From Tenericutes bacterium ADurb.Bin239 (lineage in GTDB: Bacteria > Bacillota_I > Bacilli_A > RFN20 > CAG-826): DNA of 64,000 bases. Of this stretch, positions 42,897 through 52,579 are shown in pieces. Position numbers and translations under genes: made by a program. The stretch lies in assembly GCA_002069815.1 (NCBI GenBank), contig MWCB01000003.1:1438-65437 (forward strand), written 5' to 3'. A model generated the notes under the pieces. The model ran no database searches. It worked only from the letters and a program-made list of their open reading frames with translations, and was not told where the DNA came from. Within the stretch, counting starts at the first letter, position 1. Each line of letters starts with the position of its first letter.

Positions 42897-42992
42897 ATGA
42901 TTTAGTGAAAAAAATTTAAGTTTGTAAAAATAGGTTTTTAGCCCAGTTTTAAGTCTTTATATATAAAATTATATATTTTTATGCATTTATGG

Positions 42993-43021
42993 TTGACATT
43001 AGATTATGCATTTAGTATTAT
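42993..43021 (+). promoter_or_regulatory. Sigma-A-type promoter of the S10 operon
   Basis: TTGACA (42993-98), an exact 17-nt spacer, then TATTAT (43016-21). Confidence 0.7.
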
Positions 43022-43027
43022 TTAGCA

Positions 43028-43150
43028 AGTTAATGGTCGCGTTGAAATGCGAGGTTGCCGATACACCTACAGGCGTTGTCATGAAGTGGAATCGGGGAAT
43101 TCGTAGTGAGGGACCATTAGCGCCTGTAGATGCAAGGAGGTAAATAATTC
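43028..43150 (+). promoter_or_regulatory. Structured 5' leader of the S10 operon (candidate r-protein autoregulatory RNA)
   Basis: TAATGGTC (43031-38) is complementary to GACCATTA (43112-19), and CTACAGGCG (43067-75) to CGCCTGTAG (43121-29). The two pairs are interleaved and end 4 nt before SD AAGGAGG. Confidence 0.5.
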
Positions 43151-43462
43151 ATGGCAGGAAAACATAAGATTAGGGTTCGACTTCAAAGTTACGATCACAC
43201 ACTACTTGATGAGTCAGTGGCGAAGATTGTTGAACAAGCAGTCGAAAGTGGTGCTACCGTAGTTGGCCCCATTCCGCTCCCGACACAACGTGAGGTGTAC
43301 ACAGTCTTACGAGCGGTCCATAAGTACAAAGATGCGCGCGAGCAATTCGAAATTAGAACACACAAACGGCTAATCGATATCGTCGACCCAACTAAACGAA
43401 CCGTCGAATTCTTACGGAAGTTCGAACTCCCAAGTGGTGTTGACATCGATATTAAACTATAG
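43151..43462 (+). CDS. rpsJ: 30S ribosomal protein S10
   Basis: 103 aa, [12 protein letters not shown], canonical operon position. Confidence 0.97.
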   Translation: MAGKHKIRVRLQSYDHTLLDESVAKIVEQAVESGATVVGPIPLPTQREVYTVLRAVHKYKDAREQFEIRTHKRLIDIVDPTKRTVEFLRKFELPSGVDIDIKL

Positions 43463-43472
43463 GAGGTAGAAC

Positions 43473-44150
43473 ATGAAAGCAATTATTGGCCGCAAAATGG
43501 GGATGACCCAAGTATTCGCTGAAGATGGCTCAATCTACCCCGTTACTGTAGTGGAAGTCTTACCTAATGTTGTCACACAAGTGAAAACAGTGGAAAAAGA
43601 TGGCTATGCCGCTATCCAAGTTGGATATCAAGACAAAAAACCAAGTCGGGTAAACAAACCATTAAAAGGCATATACGAAAAAGCAGGAGTCACTCCCAAA
43701 TACGGATTATATGAATTAAAGGGTGAAGCAATGCTTAACTACGCTGTTGGCAGCGAAATTAAAGTCGACATCTTCCAAAAAGGAGATGTTGTCGACGTAA
43801 CTGGAACGAGCAAGGGTAAAGGTTACACGGGTGTTATCAAACGGTATAACTTCAAATTAGGTAATGCCGCTCACGGTTCTGGTTATCACCGCGGAATTGG
43901 CTCAATGGCCAGCGTTGGTCGGATTCAACGCGTTATTCCCGGAACGAAAATGCCTGGACATCACGGAGCCCAAAAAACAACAGTCTTAAACTTACTCGTT
44001 GTTGATGTGTTACCAGAAAAGAATGCTCTCTTAATTAAAGGTGCGATTCCAGGTCCCAAATACGGAGTTGTGAAAGTTAGAAGTGCGATCAAAAAGCAAC
44101 TACGCAAACGCAAAGTCAAAGATTTAATTAATCGCACCGCTACAGAATAA
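43473..44150 (+). CDS. rplC: 50S ribosomal protein L3
   Basis: GRKMGMTQVF..., TSKGKGYTGVIKRYNF. Confidence 0.97.
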   Translation: MKAIIGRKMGMTQVFAEDGSIYPVTVVEVLPNVVTQVKTVEKDGYAAIQVGYQDKKPSRVNKPLKGIYEKAGVTPKYGLYELKGEAMLNYAVGSEIKVDIFQKGDVVDVTGTSKGKGYTGVIKRYNFKLGNAAHGSGYHRGIGSMASVGRIQRVIPGTKMPGHHGAQKTTVLNLLVVDVLPEKNALLIKGAIPGPKYGVVKVRSAIKKQLRKRKVKDLINRTATE

Positions 44151-44167
44151 GAACGGAGGATATAGTT

Positions 44168-44812
44168 ATGGCAACAGAAAAGATTAAACCTATCTCATAT
44201 CCGGTCGTTAACACTAAAGGAGAAAAAGTTGGCACAATGAAGCTCGCTGGTGAAATCTTCGCCGTCGAGCCTAATCAAGACGTCGTCCATCAAGCAGTCG
44301 TGACTTACTTAGCAAACCGTCGCCAAGCAACCGCCAAAACTAAAACACGCGCGGAAGCACGTGGTGGCGGTAAAAAACCATGGCGGCAAAAAGGTACTGG
44401 CCGTGCCCGCGTCGGTAGTCGGCGCTCACCTATTTGGGTTGGTGGTGGGGTCACCTTTGGTCCAACCGGAGAACAAAATTTTAAAGTATCAATGAATAAG
44501 AAAGCGCACGCACTTGCAATTAGAAGCGCGCTTTCCATCAAAGCAGCAGAAAAAGCCTTCATTATCATTGATGATTCAATTGAAATTGAAGCGAAAACAA
44601 AAGCCGCTAGTGAATTATTAACAAACGTTGGGGCTACTGGCAGAGTCTTATTAATTAACGATAACAATAAGAACTTATTACTTGCCACCCGCAACTTACC
44701 CAACGTCTTAAATGTTGGTCAAGATAACGTCGCTGTTTATGACTTACTAAACGCTGACCAAATCGTCGTTGAAAAAGCAACTTTAGTTGCGTATGTAGGA
44801 GGACTTGAATAA
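44168..44812 (+). CDS. rplD: 50S ribosomal protein L4
   Basis: RGGGKKPWRQKGTGRAR motif. Confidence 0.97.
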   Translation: MATEKIKPISYPVVNTKGEKVGTMKLAGEIFAVEPNQDVVHQAVVTYLANRRQATAKTKTRAEARGGGKKPWRQKGTGRARVGSRRSPIWVGGGVTFGPTGEQNFKVSMNKKAHALAIRSALSIKAAEKAFIIIDDSIEIEAKTKAASELLTNVGATGRVLLINDNNKNLLLATRNLPNVLNVGQDNVAVYDLLNADQIVVEKATLVAYVGGLE

Positions 44813-45156
44813 TGAGTAAACGTCCACGCAAAAAAGCCGAACAAGTCGTGCAAGTTAAAAAGCCGACAGTTGAACAGTTCGATCTCTTGCATCGTCCAGT
44901 CATTACTGAAAAATCAATGGCTCTTATGCAAGATCAAAACAAAGTTACAATTGAAGTCGCAAAGACGGCTAATAAAGAAAGTGTCAAGGATGCATTTGAA
45001 GCCATCTTCGGTGTCACCGTAACTGATGTCAAAATTATTAACACCAAAGCCAAGAAAACAAGAAGGGGTGGTCGTTACTACGGCACAATCCCCGGCGTCA
45101 AAAAAGCCGTGGTTACCGTTGCTGAAGGACAAGCGATTGACCTCTTCAAAGAATAA
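44812..45156 (+). CDS. rplW: 50S ribosomal protein L23 (with a basic N-terminal extension of about 19 aa)
   Basis: [11 protein letters not shown] core. 114 aa, against about 95 aa as I recall for B. subtilis. Confidence 0.95.
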   Translation: MSKRPRKKAEQVVQVKKPTVEQFDLLHRPVITEKSMALMQDQNKVTIEVAKTANKESVKDAFEAIFGVTVTDVKIINTKAKKTRRGGRYYGTIPGVKKAVVTVAEGQAIDLFKE

Positions 45157-45176
45157 CGACGGGAAGGAGAAACATT

Positions 45177-46010
45177 ATGGCAATTAAAAAATATAAACCG
45201 ACAACTCCCTCGCGTCGGGGCATGACAAACTTATCGTTTGCAAAGCTTACGAAAAAGAAACTAGAACGCAACTTAACGGTTGAACTTAAGAAAACTGGTG
45301 GTCGTAATAATATGGGAAAAATTACTACCCGTCATATCGGTGGTGGTCACAAACGTCGATATCGTATTATTGACTTCCGTCGGGAAAAAGATGGAGTAGA
45401 AGGAGTTATCGCGGCGATTGAATATGATCCAAATCGCAACGCCAACATTGCGCTCGTCAACTATGTTGACGGGGAAAAGCGTTACATCTTACATCCCCAA
45501 GGACTCGCGGTCGGTGATCGCATTGTCTCCGGTGAAGCAGTCGACATTAAAGTTGGTAATGCAATGCCGCTAGCGAGCATTCCAGAAGGTACAATCGTTC
45601 ACAATGTTGAACTAACTCCTGGGAAAGGTGGTCAAATCGCACGGGCTGCCGGTACAAGTGTACAAATCTTAGGACGTGAAGGAAAATACGCAATCCTCCG
45701 TCTCCAAAGTGGCGAAGTTCGTAAAGTACTACAAGCTTGTCGTGCAACCATTGGAGCGGTGGGCAATGAAGATTATAACTTAGTCAACTTAGGTAAAGCT
45801 GGTAAGAGTCGCTGGAAAGGCATTCGCCCAACCGTCCGCGGATCAGCGATGAATCCAGTTGATCACCCACACGGTGGTGGTGAAGGTAAATCACCAATTG
45901 GTAAAGACGCACCAAGAACACCATGGGGTAAACGAGCCCTTGGGGTCAAAACGCGCAAACAAAACAAGAAATCGACGCAATTAATTATCAGACGTCGCAA
46001 ACAAAAATAA
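45177..46010 (+). CDS. rplB: 50S ribosomal protein L2
   Basis: [26 protein letters not shown]. Confidence 0.98.
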   Translation: MAIKKYKPTTPSRRGMTNLSFAKLTKKKLERNLTVELKKTGGRNNMGKITTRHIGGGHKRRYRIIDFRREKDGVEGVIAAIEYDPNRNANIALVNYVDGEKRYILHPQGLAVGDRIVSGEAVDIKVGNAMPLASIPEGTIVHNVELTPGKGGQIARAAGTSVQILGREGKYAILRLQSGEVRKVLQACRATIGAVGNEDYNLVNLGKAGKSRWKGIRPTVRGSAMNPVDHPHGGGEGKSPIGKDAPRTPWGKRALGVKTRKQNKKSTQLIIRRRKQK

Positions 46011-46023
46011 GGAGTGAGGAAAT

Positions 46024-46323
46024 ATGGCTAGAAGTTTAAAAAAAGGTCCATTCGCTGATAAGTCTCTCTTAAAAAAGGTTGATGAATTAAATCAGGCGAA
46101 TAAAAAACAAATTATTAAAACATGGTCGCGTCGATCAACCATCTTCCCTTCCTTCGTCGGTCATACATTCGCTGTGTATAACGGACGTGAACACATTACA
46201 GTGTATGTGACGGAAGATATGGTCGGCCATAAATTAGGCGAATTTGCCCCGACCCGTTCATATAAGGGTCATACTGGGCATACTGCTGAAGACAAAGCCG
46301 CGGCCGCACAACGGAAACGGTAG
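46024..46323 (+). CDS. rpsS: 30S ribosomal protein S19
   Basis: RSLKKGPF...[17 protein letters not shown]. Confidence 0.97.
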   Translation: MARSLKKGPFADKSLLKKVDELNQANKKQIIKTWSRRSTIFPSFVGHTFAVYNGREHITVYVTEDMVGHKLGEFAPTRSYKGHTGHTAEDKAAAAQRKR

Positions 46324-46330
46324 GTGAATT

Positions 46331-46741
46331 ATGGCAAGAGTTAAAAAACCAAAAACAACCGAAAAAGTTGAAACTAAAGAAGTTAAAAAAGAAAAACCAG
46401 TTGTTACCGAAGCACGCGCTATCAGCCGTAGCGTCGGAGTTACTCCCCGAAAAATGCGTCTTGTTGCTGACTTAGTTCGCGGGAAAAAGGTAAGTGATGC
46501 TATCGCGCTATTACATAATATTAATAAAGCCGCGAGTGTACCACTACGGAAAACAATCGAAAGTGCCGCTGCTAATGCCATCAACAATCATGGCTTTAAA
46601 GAAGAAGGGCTCTACATTAGTGAATTACAAATTAATGATTCGATTAAATTAAAAAGATATCGCCCGCGCGCTAAAGGCGGAGCGGCTGGTGTCACTAAAA
46701 GAACAAGCACAATTATTGTGAAAGTAAAAGAAAGCGTGTAA
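46331..46741 (+). CDS. rplV: 50S ribosomal protein L22 (with a Lys-rich N-terminal extension of about 25 aa)
   Basis: The core starts at [27 protein letters not shown]. 136 aa, against about 113 aa typically. Confidence 0.95.
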   Translation: MARVKKPKTTEKVETKEVKKEKPVVTEARAISRSVGVTPRKMRLVADLVRGKKVSDAIALLHNINKAASVPLRKTIESAAANAINNHGFKEEGLYISELQINDSIKLKRYRPRAKGGAAGVTKRTSTIIVKVKESV

Positions 46742-46754
46742 AGGAGGAAAAGTA

Positions 46755-47420
46755 ATGGGACAAAAAGTTAATCCAAACGGTCTAAGATACGGAATTTACC
46801 GAAACTGGAATAGTCGTTGGTTTGCCAAAAACAAAGATTTTGCTACTTTCCTCAAAGAAGACATGGAAGTCCGTGAATTCTTAGGCAAAGAATTAAAGGA
46901 AGCGCTCCTTTCACACATTGAAATTGACCGCATAAATACTTTCGAAAGTGGTTATAGTGTTATTGTCAGTGTCCATGTTGCGCGTGTTGGTGTCGTCATT
47001 GGTCAACAAGGGGAACGCGTTAAAGAATTAACGACCAAATTAGCAAAGATTATTAAAACTGGTGAAGTTAAAATTAACGTCGTTGACATTAAAAACCCCG
47101 ATTTAAACGCCAGTTTAGTCGCCCAAGATATCGCGCGTCAACTTGAAGCTCGTGGTTCATTCCGCATTGTGCAAAAAAGAACTATCCAACGCGTTCGCCG
47201 CGCTGGCGCTAAAGGAATTAAAACGTTGGTGAGTGGCCGTTTAAACGGCGCGGAAATTGCGCGGAGTGAAGGGTATAAAGATGGAATCATTCCCCTGCAT
47301 ACCTTACGCGCTGATATTGACTATGCGCTCGCGGAAGCACATACAACCTACGGCCGCCTTGGTGTCAAAGTGTGGATTTGTCGTGGAGAATACGACTTAA
47401 GTAAAGGGAAGGGAGAATAA
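46755..47420 (+). CDS. rpsC: 30S ribosomal protein S3
   Basis: [13 protein letters not shown] domain. Confidence 0.98.
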   Translation: MGQKVNPNGLRYGIYRNWNSRWFAKNKDFATFLKEDMEVREFLGKELKEALLSHIEIDRINTFESGYSVIVSVHVARVGVVIGQQGERVKELTTKLAKIIKTGEVKINVVDIKNPDLNASLVAQDIARQLEARGSFRIVQKRTIQRVRRAGAKGIKTLVSGRLNGAEIARSEGYKDGIIPLHTLRADIDYALAEAHTTYGRLGVKVWICRGEYDLSKGKGE

Positions 47421-47422
47421 TT

Positions 47423-47845
47423 ATGTTACAACCAAAACGTACTAAATATCGTCGCCCTCAACGCTTGAGTTATGAAGGTTTAACCAAAGGCGGCGCTAAT
47501 GTCGAATTTGGTGAATATGGTCTACAAGCTCTTGAAGGAGCTTACATCACCAATCGTCAAATTGAAAGCGCACGGATTGTGTTAGCAAGTTATACGCGCC
47601 GAGTTGGAAAAATTTGGATTCGAATTTTCCCCCACCTCGCTAAAACGAAAAAACCACTTGAAGTGCGGATGGGTTCAGGGAAAGGTGCCCCTGACTCTTG
47701 GGTCGCGGTCGTGAAGAAAAATAGAATTTTGTTTGAAATCGGCGGCGTCAAAGAAGAAATAGCGCGCGAAGCCTTGCGCTTAGCAGCCTACAAATTACCA
47801 ATTAAAACACGGGTCGTTTCCCGCGAAGAAAGTAAGGAGGACTAA
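47423..47845 (+). CDS. rplP: 50S ribosomal protein L16
   Basis: [10 protein letters not shown]...RMGSGKG. Confidence 0.98.
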   Translation: MLQPKRTKYRRPQRLSYEGLTKGGANVEFGEYGLQALEGAYITNRQIESARIVLASYTRRVGKIWIRIFPHLAKTKKPLEVRMGSGKGAPDSWVAVVKKNRILFEIGGVKEEIAREALRLAAYKLPIKTRVVSREESKED

Positions 47846-47847
47846 AG

Positions 47848-48045
47848 ATGAAAATTAAAGAAATTCGTACGCTCAGTGTTAGCGAATTAAACGAAAAAGT
47901 TTATCTTTTAAAAGAAGAACTCTTTCATCTCCGCCGGAAGCAAGCTGTTGGTCAATTAGAAAACGGAAATCAAATTAGTCGCGTCCGCAAAGACATCGCG
48001 CGGATTTATACCGTATTACGCGAATGCGAACTCGGGATTAAATAA
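47848..48045 (+). CDS. rpmC: 50S ribosomal protein L29
   Basis: 65 aa, L.ELNEK...LKEELF.LR. Confidence 0.95.
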   Translation: MKIKEIRTLSVSELNEKVYLLKEELFHLRRKQAVGQLENGNQISRVRKDIARIYTVLRECELGIK

Positions 48046-48059
48046 GGAGCAGTGTGAAT

Positions 48060-48398
48060 ATGGAACAAACAGTTAGAAAAACACGCGCTACGTTTGATGG
48101 AGTCGTCATTAGCGACAAAATGGATAAAACTATTACGGTCTTAGTCGAAACTTACAAACGGCATAAGATTTATGGGAAGCGCGTTAAATACCGCAAAAAA
48201 TATTACGCTCACGATGAAGAAAATGTGGCGAAAGAAGGCGACTTCGTTCGCATCGCCGCCACTCGTCCCTTAAGCGCCACTAAAAGATGGCGGCTCGTTA
48301 AGGTCTTAGAATTAGCGGAAGTACAATTAGAAGACATTATCGACGAAGCAGGCGAAATCATCGAAGAGATAAAGGAGGCAAGTGATGATTCACGTTGA
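48060..48398 (+). CDS. rpsQ: 30S ribosomal protein S17 (with an acidic C-terminal extension of about 25 aa)
   Basis: [29 protein letters not shown] core. The tail [23 protein letters not shown] overlaps the rplN start. GTG 48054 is an alternative start. Confidence 0.93.
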   Translation: MEQTVRKTRATFDGVVISDKMDKTITVLVETYKRHKIYGKRVKYRKKYYAHDEENVAKEGDFVRIAATRPLSATKRWRLVKVLELAEVQLEDIIDEAGEIIEEIKEASDDSR

Positions 48399-48759
48399 AA
48401 CGAAAGTAAACATTGCTGATAACTCTGGCGCCCGAGTTGGTAAAGTTATTAGACTCTACGGTGGTAGTGTTCGTCGTCATAGTAACATTGGGGACATCGT
48501 CTTAATTACCGTTAGACAAGCGACCCCAAACTCCAAAGTTAAAAAAGGCGACATGGTGAAAGCCATTGTCGTTCGCACCAAAAAAGGAGTGTTACGCCCT
48601 GATGGTTCAACTATTAAATTCGATGATAACGCGGTTGTTATCTTAAATAACGAAGGCAATATGATTGGGACGCGGGTCTTTGGTCCCGTGGCTCGTGAAT
48701 TACGGGAAAAAGGAGAAGGGGCTATGAAAATTGTAAGCCTTGCTCCCGAAGTATTATAA
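48385..48759 (+). CDS. rplN: 50S ribosomal protein L14
   Basis: [17 protein letters not shown]...[17 protein letters not shown] lies 6 nt upstream. Confidence 0.97.
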   Translation: MIHVETKVNIADNSGARVGKVIRLYGGSVRRHSNIGDIVLITVRQATPNSKVKKGDMVKAIVVRTKKGVLRPDGSTIKFDDNAVVILNNEGNMIGTRVFGPVARELREKGEGAMKIVSLAPEVL

Positions 48760-48770
48760 GGAGGCCCATT

Positions 48771-49079
48771 ATGTTAATTAGAAAAGGTGATAAAGTCATC
48801 GTCATCACTGGCGCTGACAAAGGAAAAACCGGAATTGTCCAACGGGCTTATCCGAAATTAGAAAAAGTTGTCGTGGAAGGGATTAATATTAAAAAGAAAC
48901 ATAAAAAACCAACGCAAACTAACCCCGAAGGATCAATCTTAGAAGTGTATGCGCCCATTCATGTAAGTAATGTCGCTCTTATTGATCCCAAAACAAAGAA
49001 ACCGACGCGCGTTGGCTTCAAAGAAGTGAAAGGCAAAAAAGTTCGCTACGCTAAAAAGTCGGGCGAAGTAATCAAATAG
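48771..49079 (+). CDS. rplX: 50S ribosomal protein L24
   Basis: [19 protein letters not shown] motif. Confidence 0.96.
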   Translation: MLIRKGDKVIVITGADKGKTGIVQRAYPKLEKVVVEGINIKKKHKKPTQTNPEGSILEVYAPIHVSNVALIDPKTKKPTRVGFKEVKGKKVRYAKKSGEVIK

Positions 49080-49089
49080 GAGGTGCATT

Positions 49090-49938
49090 ATGGCAGAAGA
49101 TAAAGCAAAGAAAACTGTTGCCCACGAAGATGCTACCAAAAAAGCACCGGCTAAAGCTGCAACTAAAGAAGTAAAAAAAGCACCTGCTAAAAAAGCAGAA
49201 GACAAAAAGGTCGAAGTAAAAAAAGAAACGAAAGCTGATGCACCCAAAAAAGCTGAAGCAAAAGTGGACGAAAAGAAAACGACCAAGGCCGCCGCTCCTA
49301 AAACTGAACCGAAAAAGGAAGAAGTGAAAAAAGAAGTAAAAGCGAAGGCTGAACCAAAAGCAAAAAAAGAACGCTATACACCGAAAGTAAAAGTGAGCAC
49401 AAATCGTGTTGTTCGCCAATATGAAGATGTTGCGATCAAAGCCTTAATGGAAAAGTTTAAATATACTTCCGTCATGCAAGTCCCAAAATTACATAAGATT
49501 GTAATTAACATGGGGGTTGGTGATGCTACCCAAAATCCAAAATTATTAGAAGATGCAGTGCGGGAACTAACCGTTATTGCGGGACAAAAACCAGTTGTCA
49601 CTATCGCTAAGAAGAGTGAAGCGAGTTTCAAACTTCGGGCGGGTACGGCAATTGGGGCCAAAGTTGATTTACGCGGCGAAAGAATGTATGACTTCTACGA
49701 GAAGTTAATTAGTATCGCGCTCCCGCGCGTTCGCGACTTCCGTGGTGTTAATAAAAATTCATTTGACGGACACGGAAACTACACACTCGGTGTGCGTGAA
49801 CAACTAATTTTCTCGGAAATTGACTTTGATTTAGTAAATAAAGTACGCGGGATGGACATTGTTATCGTTACGACCGCGAAAACGGATGCTGAAGCTTATG
49901 AGCTCTTACGATTACTCGGCATGCCGTTTAGACGCTAA
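49090..49938 (+). CDS. rplE: 50S ribosomal protein L5 with an N-terminal Lys/Ala/Pro/Glu-rich extension of about 100 aa
   Basis: Strong SD AGGAGGTG before ATG 49090. There is no stop before the canonical L5 core ([10 protein letters not shown]...[18 protein letters not shown]), which begins about aa 103. 282 aa, against about 180 aa typically. Confidence 0.9.
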   Translation: MAEDKAKKTVAHEDATKKAPAKAATKEVKKAPAKKAEDKKVEVKKETKADAPKKAEAKVDEKKTTKAAAPKTEPKKEEVKKEVKAKAEPKAKKERYTPKVKVSTNRVVRQYEDVAIKALMEKFKYTSVMQVPKLHKIVINMGVGDATQNPKLLEDAVRELTVIAGQKPVVTIAKKSEASFKLRAGTAIGAKVDLRGERMYDFYEKLISIALPRVRDFRGVNKNSFDGHGNYTLGVREQLIFSEIDFDLVNKVRGMDIVIVTTAKTDAEAYELLRLLGMPFRR

Positions 49939-49948
49939 AGGAGGGAAT

Positions 49949-50134
49949 ATGGCAAAAACAAGTAAAAGAGTAGCGCAACAACGTAAACCTAAGTTTAAAG
50001 TTCGCGCTTATAGTCGCTGTTCACGATGTGGCAGACCTCATAGCGTTTATCGTAAATTTGGTGTGTGCCGTATTTGTTTACGCGAACTCGCCTACAACGG
50101 CGAAATTCCTGGCATGAAAAAGGCCAGCTGGTAA
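49949..50134 (+). CDS. rpsN: 30S ribosomal protein S14, type Z (zinc-binding, 61 aa)
   Basis: CSRCGRPH...CRIC motif. ATG 49949 follows GGAGGG. The track's TTG 49859 start lies inside rplE. Confidence 0.95.
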   Translation: MAKTSKRVAQQRKPKFKVRAYSRCSRCGRPHSVYRKFGVCRICLRELAYNGEIPGMKKASW

Positions 50135-50149
50135 GGAGGAGCAACTAGT

Positions 50150-50545
50150 ATGAGTATGACAGATCCAATTGCAGATATGCTGACGCGCATTCGGAACGCA
50201 AACGCTTTAAGTCATGAAGCAGTTGCGATGCCGAGCAGCAAAAACAAAGTCCAAATTGCCAAAATCTTAAAAGAAGAAGGCTATATTGTTGATTACGTCG
50301 TAAGTGGCGACGTGAAAAAAAATTTAACCTTGGTGTTAAAATATGGACCAAAAGGTGAGAAAGTTATCTCTGGTTTAAAACGTATTTCTAAACCAGGCTT
50401 ACGTGTCACCACCACTAGCGATAAATTGCCCCGCGTTTTACGTGGTTTAGGTATCGCCATTATCTCTACTTCACAAGGAATCATGACCGACAGTAAAGCT
50501 CGAGCCTTAGGCATCGGTGGCGAAGTTGTCGCTTATGTGTGGTAA
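50150..50545 (+). CDS. rpsH: 30S ribosomal protein S8
   Basis: [15 protein letters not shown]. Confidence 0.98.
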   Translation: MSMTDPIADMLTRIRNANALSHEAVAMPSSKNKVQIAKILKEEGYIVDYVVSGDVKKNLTLVLKYGPKGEKVISGLKRISKPGLRVTTTSDKLPRVLRGLGIAIISTSQGIMTDSKARALGIGGEVVAYVW

Positions 50546-50556
50546 GGAGGGAACAT

Positions 50557-51105
50557 ATGTCAAGAATTGGTGATAAAGTAATTACAGTACCAGAAGGTAT
50601 TGAAGTAAAACTTGAAGGTGATTTAATTACCGTTAAGGGACCAAAAGGGACAAATTATGTAACCCTTCCAAAGCATATACTTTTAGATCAAAGTGAAGCA
50701 GGAAAAATTGTTGTTAAACGTGAAAACGAAATTAAACAAACAAAACAAAGTCATGGTACGACCCGCGCTTTACTCCACAACGCTATTGTGGGGGCGCACG
50801 AAGGTTATACTATCAGACTTCAAATCGTCGGTATTGGCTACCGCGCTAGTATGCAAGGTGAAAAAGTGTTATTAGAAGTTGGTTATAGCCATCCAACAAT
50901 AATTGCTCCTGAACCAGGGGCTAAAATTAGTTTAGAAAACCCCACGACTGTTGTCGTGACTGGCTACAATAAACAAGCGGTTGGACAAACCGCAGCCTTA
51001 ATTCGCGCGGTTCGTCGCCCTGAACCTTACAAAGGTAAAGGTATTAAATATAGCGATGAAAAAATTATTCGCAAGGAAGGAAAGCGCGCAGGCGCCAAGA
51101 AATAG
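50557..51105 (+). CDS. rplF: 50S ribosomal protein L6
   Basis: MSRIGDKVITVPEGIEV. ATG 50557 follows AAGGAGG. Confidence 0.97.
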   Translation: MSRIGDKVITVPEGIEVKLEGDLITVKGPKGTNYVTLPKHILLDQSEAGKIVVKRENEIKQTKQSHGTTRALLHNAIVGAHEGYTIRLQIVGIGYRASMQGEKVLLEVGYSHPTIIAPEPGAKISLENPTTVVVTGYNKQAVGQTAALIRAVRRPEPYKGKGIKYSDEKIIRKEGKRAGAKK

Positions 51106-51115
51106 GTGAAGAATT

Positions 51116-51472
51116 ATGGTTAAACAAATTAAACGTAATGAAATTAGAAAACGTCGCCATGCCCGTATTCGGCGCAAAATCAGCGGAACTGCTGATATTC
51201 CCCGTCTTGTCGTCTTTCGTTCCAATAAGCACATTGCCGTTCAATTAATTGATGATACAAAAGGAGTCACTTTAGGGAGTGCGAGTTCATTACAACTTAA
51301 ACTTGATCATGGTGATAACATTGAATCAGCAATTAAAGTTGGTCAAGAAATCGCCAGTGTTGCTAAAAAATTAGGCATTGAAAAAGTTGTCTTTGACCGC
51401 GGTGGTTATTTGTATCACGGTCGGATCAAAGCCTTAGCCGATGCTGCCCGTGAAGCCGGATTAGTATTCTAA
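51116..51472 (+). CDS. rplR: 50S ribosomal protein L18
   Basis: [13 protein letters not shown]...[12 protein letters not shown]. Confidence 0.97.
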   Translation: MVKQIKRNEIRKRRHARIRRKISGTADIPRLVVFRSNKHIAVQLIDDTKGVTLGSASSLQLKLDHGDNIESAIKVGQEIASVAKKLGIEKVVFDRGGYLYHGRIKALADAAREAGLVF

Positions 51473-51485
51473 AAGGAGTGAAGTT

Positions 51486-52124
51486 ATGGATAAAGAAAAG
51501 AAAAACGTAGTAGAAGATACTGAAGAAGTCGAAACTGAAGAAGTTGAAACAACTGATACTGATACCGAACAAGCTCCGCAAGAAGGAGTACGCCGGAATC
51601 AACGTGGTCGCCGCGAAGGCGGTCCCCGTCGTGGTCCCCGTCGTGGGGCCCCGCGTCGTCCTAAAGAATTTGAAGAACGTGTCGTTGCCATTAACCGAGT
51701 TAGTAAAACAACCAAAGGTGGTCGTCGCTTACGCTTTACAGCCTTAGTTGTTATTGGCTATGGCAAAGGCAAATATGGCTACGGGAACGCTAAAGCCGCT
51801 GAAGTACCTGATGCAATTCGCAAAGCAATTGAAGTCGCCAAGAAAAACACCTTTACTGTTGAACTTGCGAAAGGTGATACCATTGCCCACGAAATCGTTG
51901 GTACATTTGGTGCCTGTCGCGTCTTCTTAAAACCAGCACCAGAAGGGACTGGAGTTATCGCTGGTGGTCCTGTTCGCGCCATTTTAGAACTTGCGGGTGT
52001 GCGTAATGTTTACTCTAAAGTTTACGGTTCACGAACCGCCCTTAACGTTTTAAAAGCGACGGATAACGGATTACGTAATTTAAAACGAGCTTCGGAAATT
52101 AAACGTCTCCGAGGAACTCTTTAA
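51486..52124 (+). CDS. rpsE: 30S ribosomal protein S5 with an acidic then Arg/Gly/Pro-rich N-terminal extension of about 50 aa
   Basis: The core starts at [23 protein letters not shown]. 212 aa, against about 166 aa typically. Confidence 0.95.
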   Translation: MDKEKKNVVEDTEEVETEEVETTDTDTEQAPQEGVRRNQRGRREGGPRRGPRRGAPRRPKEFEERVVAINRVSKTTKGGRRLRFTALVVIGYGKGKYGYGNAKAAEVPDAIRKAIEVAKKNTFTVELAKGDTIAHEIVGTFGACRVFLKPAPEGTGVIAGGPVRAILELAGVRNVYSKVYGSRTALNVLKATDNGLRNLKRASEIKRLRGTL

Positions 52125-52137
52125 TAGGAGGTAGAGT

Positions 52138-52578
52138 ATGAAATTACACGAACTTACTTACACTGAAGGAGCAAAAAGAGCTCGTAAACGTCTTGGCCGG
52201 GGGATTGGCTCTGGCACAGGCAAAACAAGTGGAAAAGGTGAAAAAGGACAAAAATCTCGTTCAAGCGGCGGCACTCGCCTAGGCTTTGAAGGGGGCCAAA
52301 TGCCCTTATACCGCCGCATTCCTAAACGTGGCTTTACGAATATGAATACCAAGAAATTTGCCGTCGTTAATTTAGAAGAACTTAATGTCTTCGCTGATGG
52401 CACCACCGTTACCCCCACACTTCTAGTGGAAAAAGGGATCGTTAAAAAAGAACTCGGTGGTGTGAAAGTATTAGCCCGCGGTGAATTAACGAAGAAATTA
52501 ATAGTTAAAGCCCACAGATTCTCCAAACAAGCCAGTGACGCTATTGTTAAATTAGGCGGAACCGCAGAGGTAATTTAA
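52138..52578 (+). CDS. rplO: 50S ribosomal protein L15
   Basis: MKLHEL....[26 protein letters not shown]. Confidence 0.97.
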   Translation: MKLHELTYTEGAKRARKRLGRGIGSGTGKTSGKGEKGQKSRSSGGTRLGFEGGQMPLYRRIPKRGFTNMNTKKFAVVNLEELNVFADGTTVTPTLLVEKGIVKKELGGVKVLARGELTKKLIVKAHRFSKQASDAIVKLGGTAEVI

Positions 52579-52579
52579 T

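Noticed and set aside
44305-44903. Minus-strand ORFs (132 aa and 82 aa) opposite rplD/rplW, with similar cases at 46258..46587, 52158..52526 and 56184..56540
   Set aside because: They are antisense ORFs in the relatively GC-richer r-protein genes. Arg/Pro/Ser-rich translations are typical of reverse-frame artefacts.
49090-49392. The L5 extension as a separate small gene upstream of a normal rplE
   Set aside because: There is no stop codon anywhere between ATG 49090 and the L5 core. It can only be separate if the sequence contains an error. An internal GTG 49393 start remains possible as an additional isoform.
48939-49419. Two 115-aa minus-strand ORFs (48939..49286 and 49072..49419) opposite rplX/rplE
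   Set aside because: They are the mirror image of the Lys/Ala/Glu-rich low-complexity coding DNA of the L5 extension and give Phe/Ser/Ala-rich nonsense. They have no SD and lie inside a highly expressed r-protein operon.
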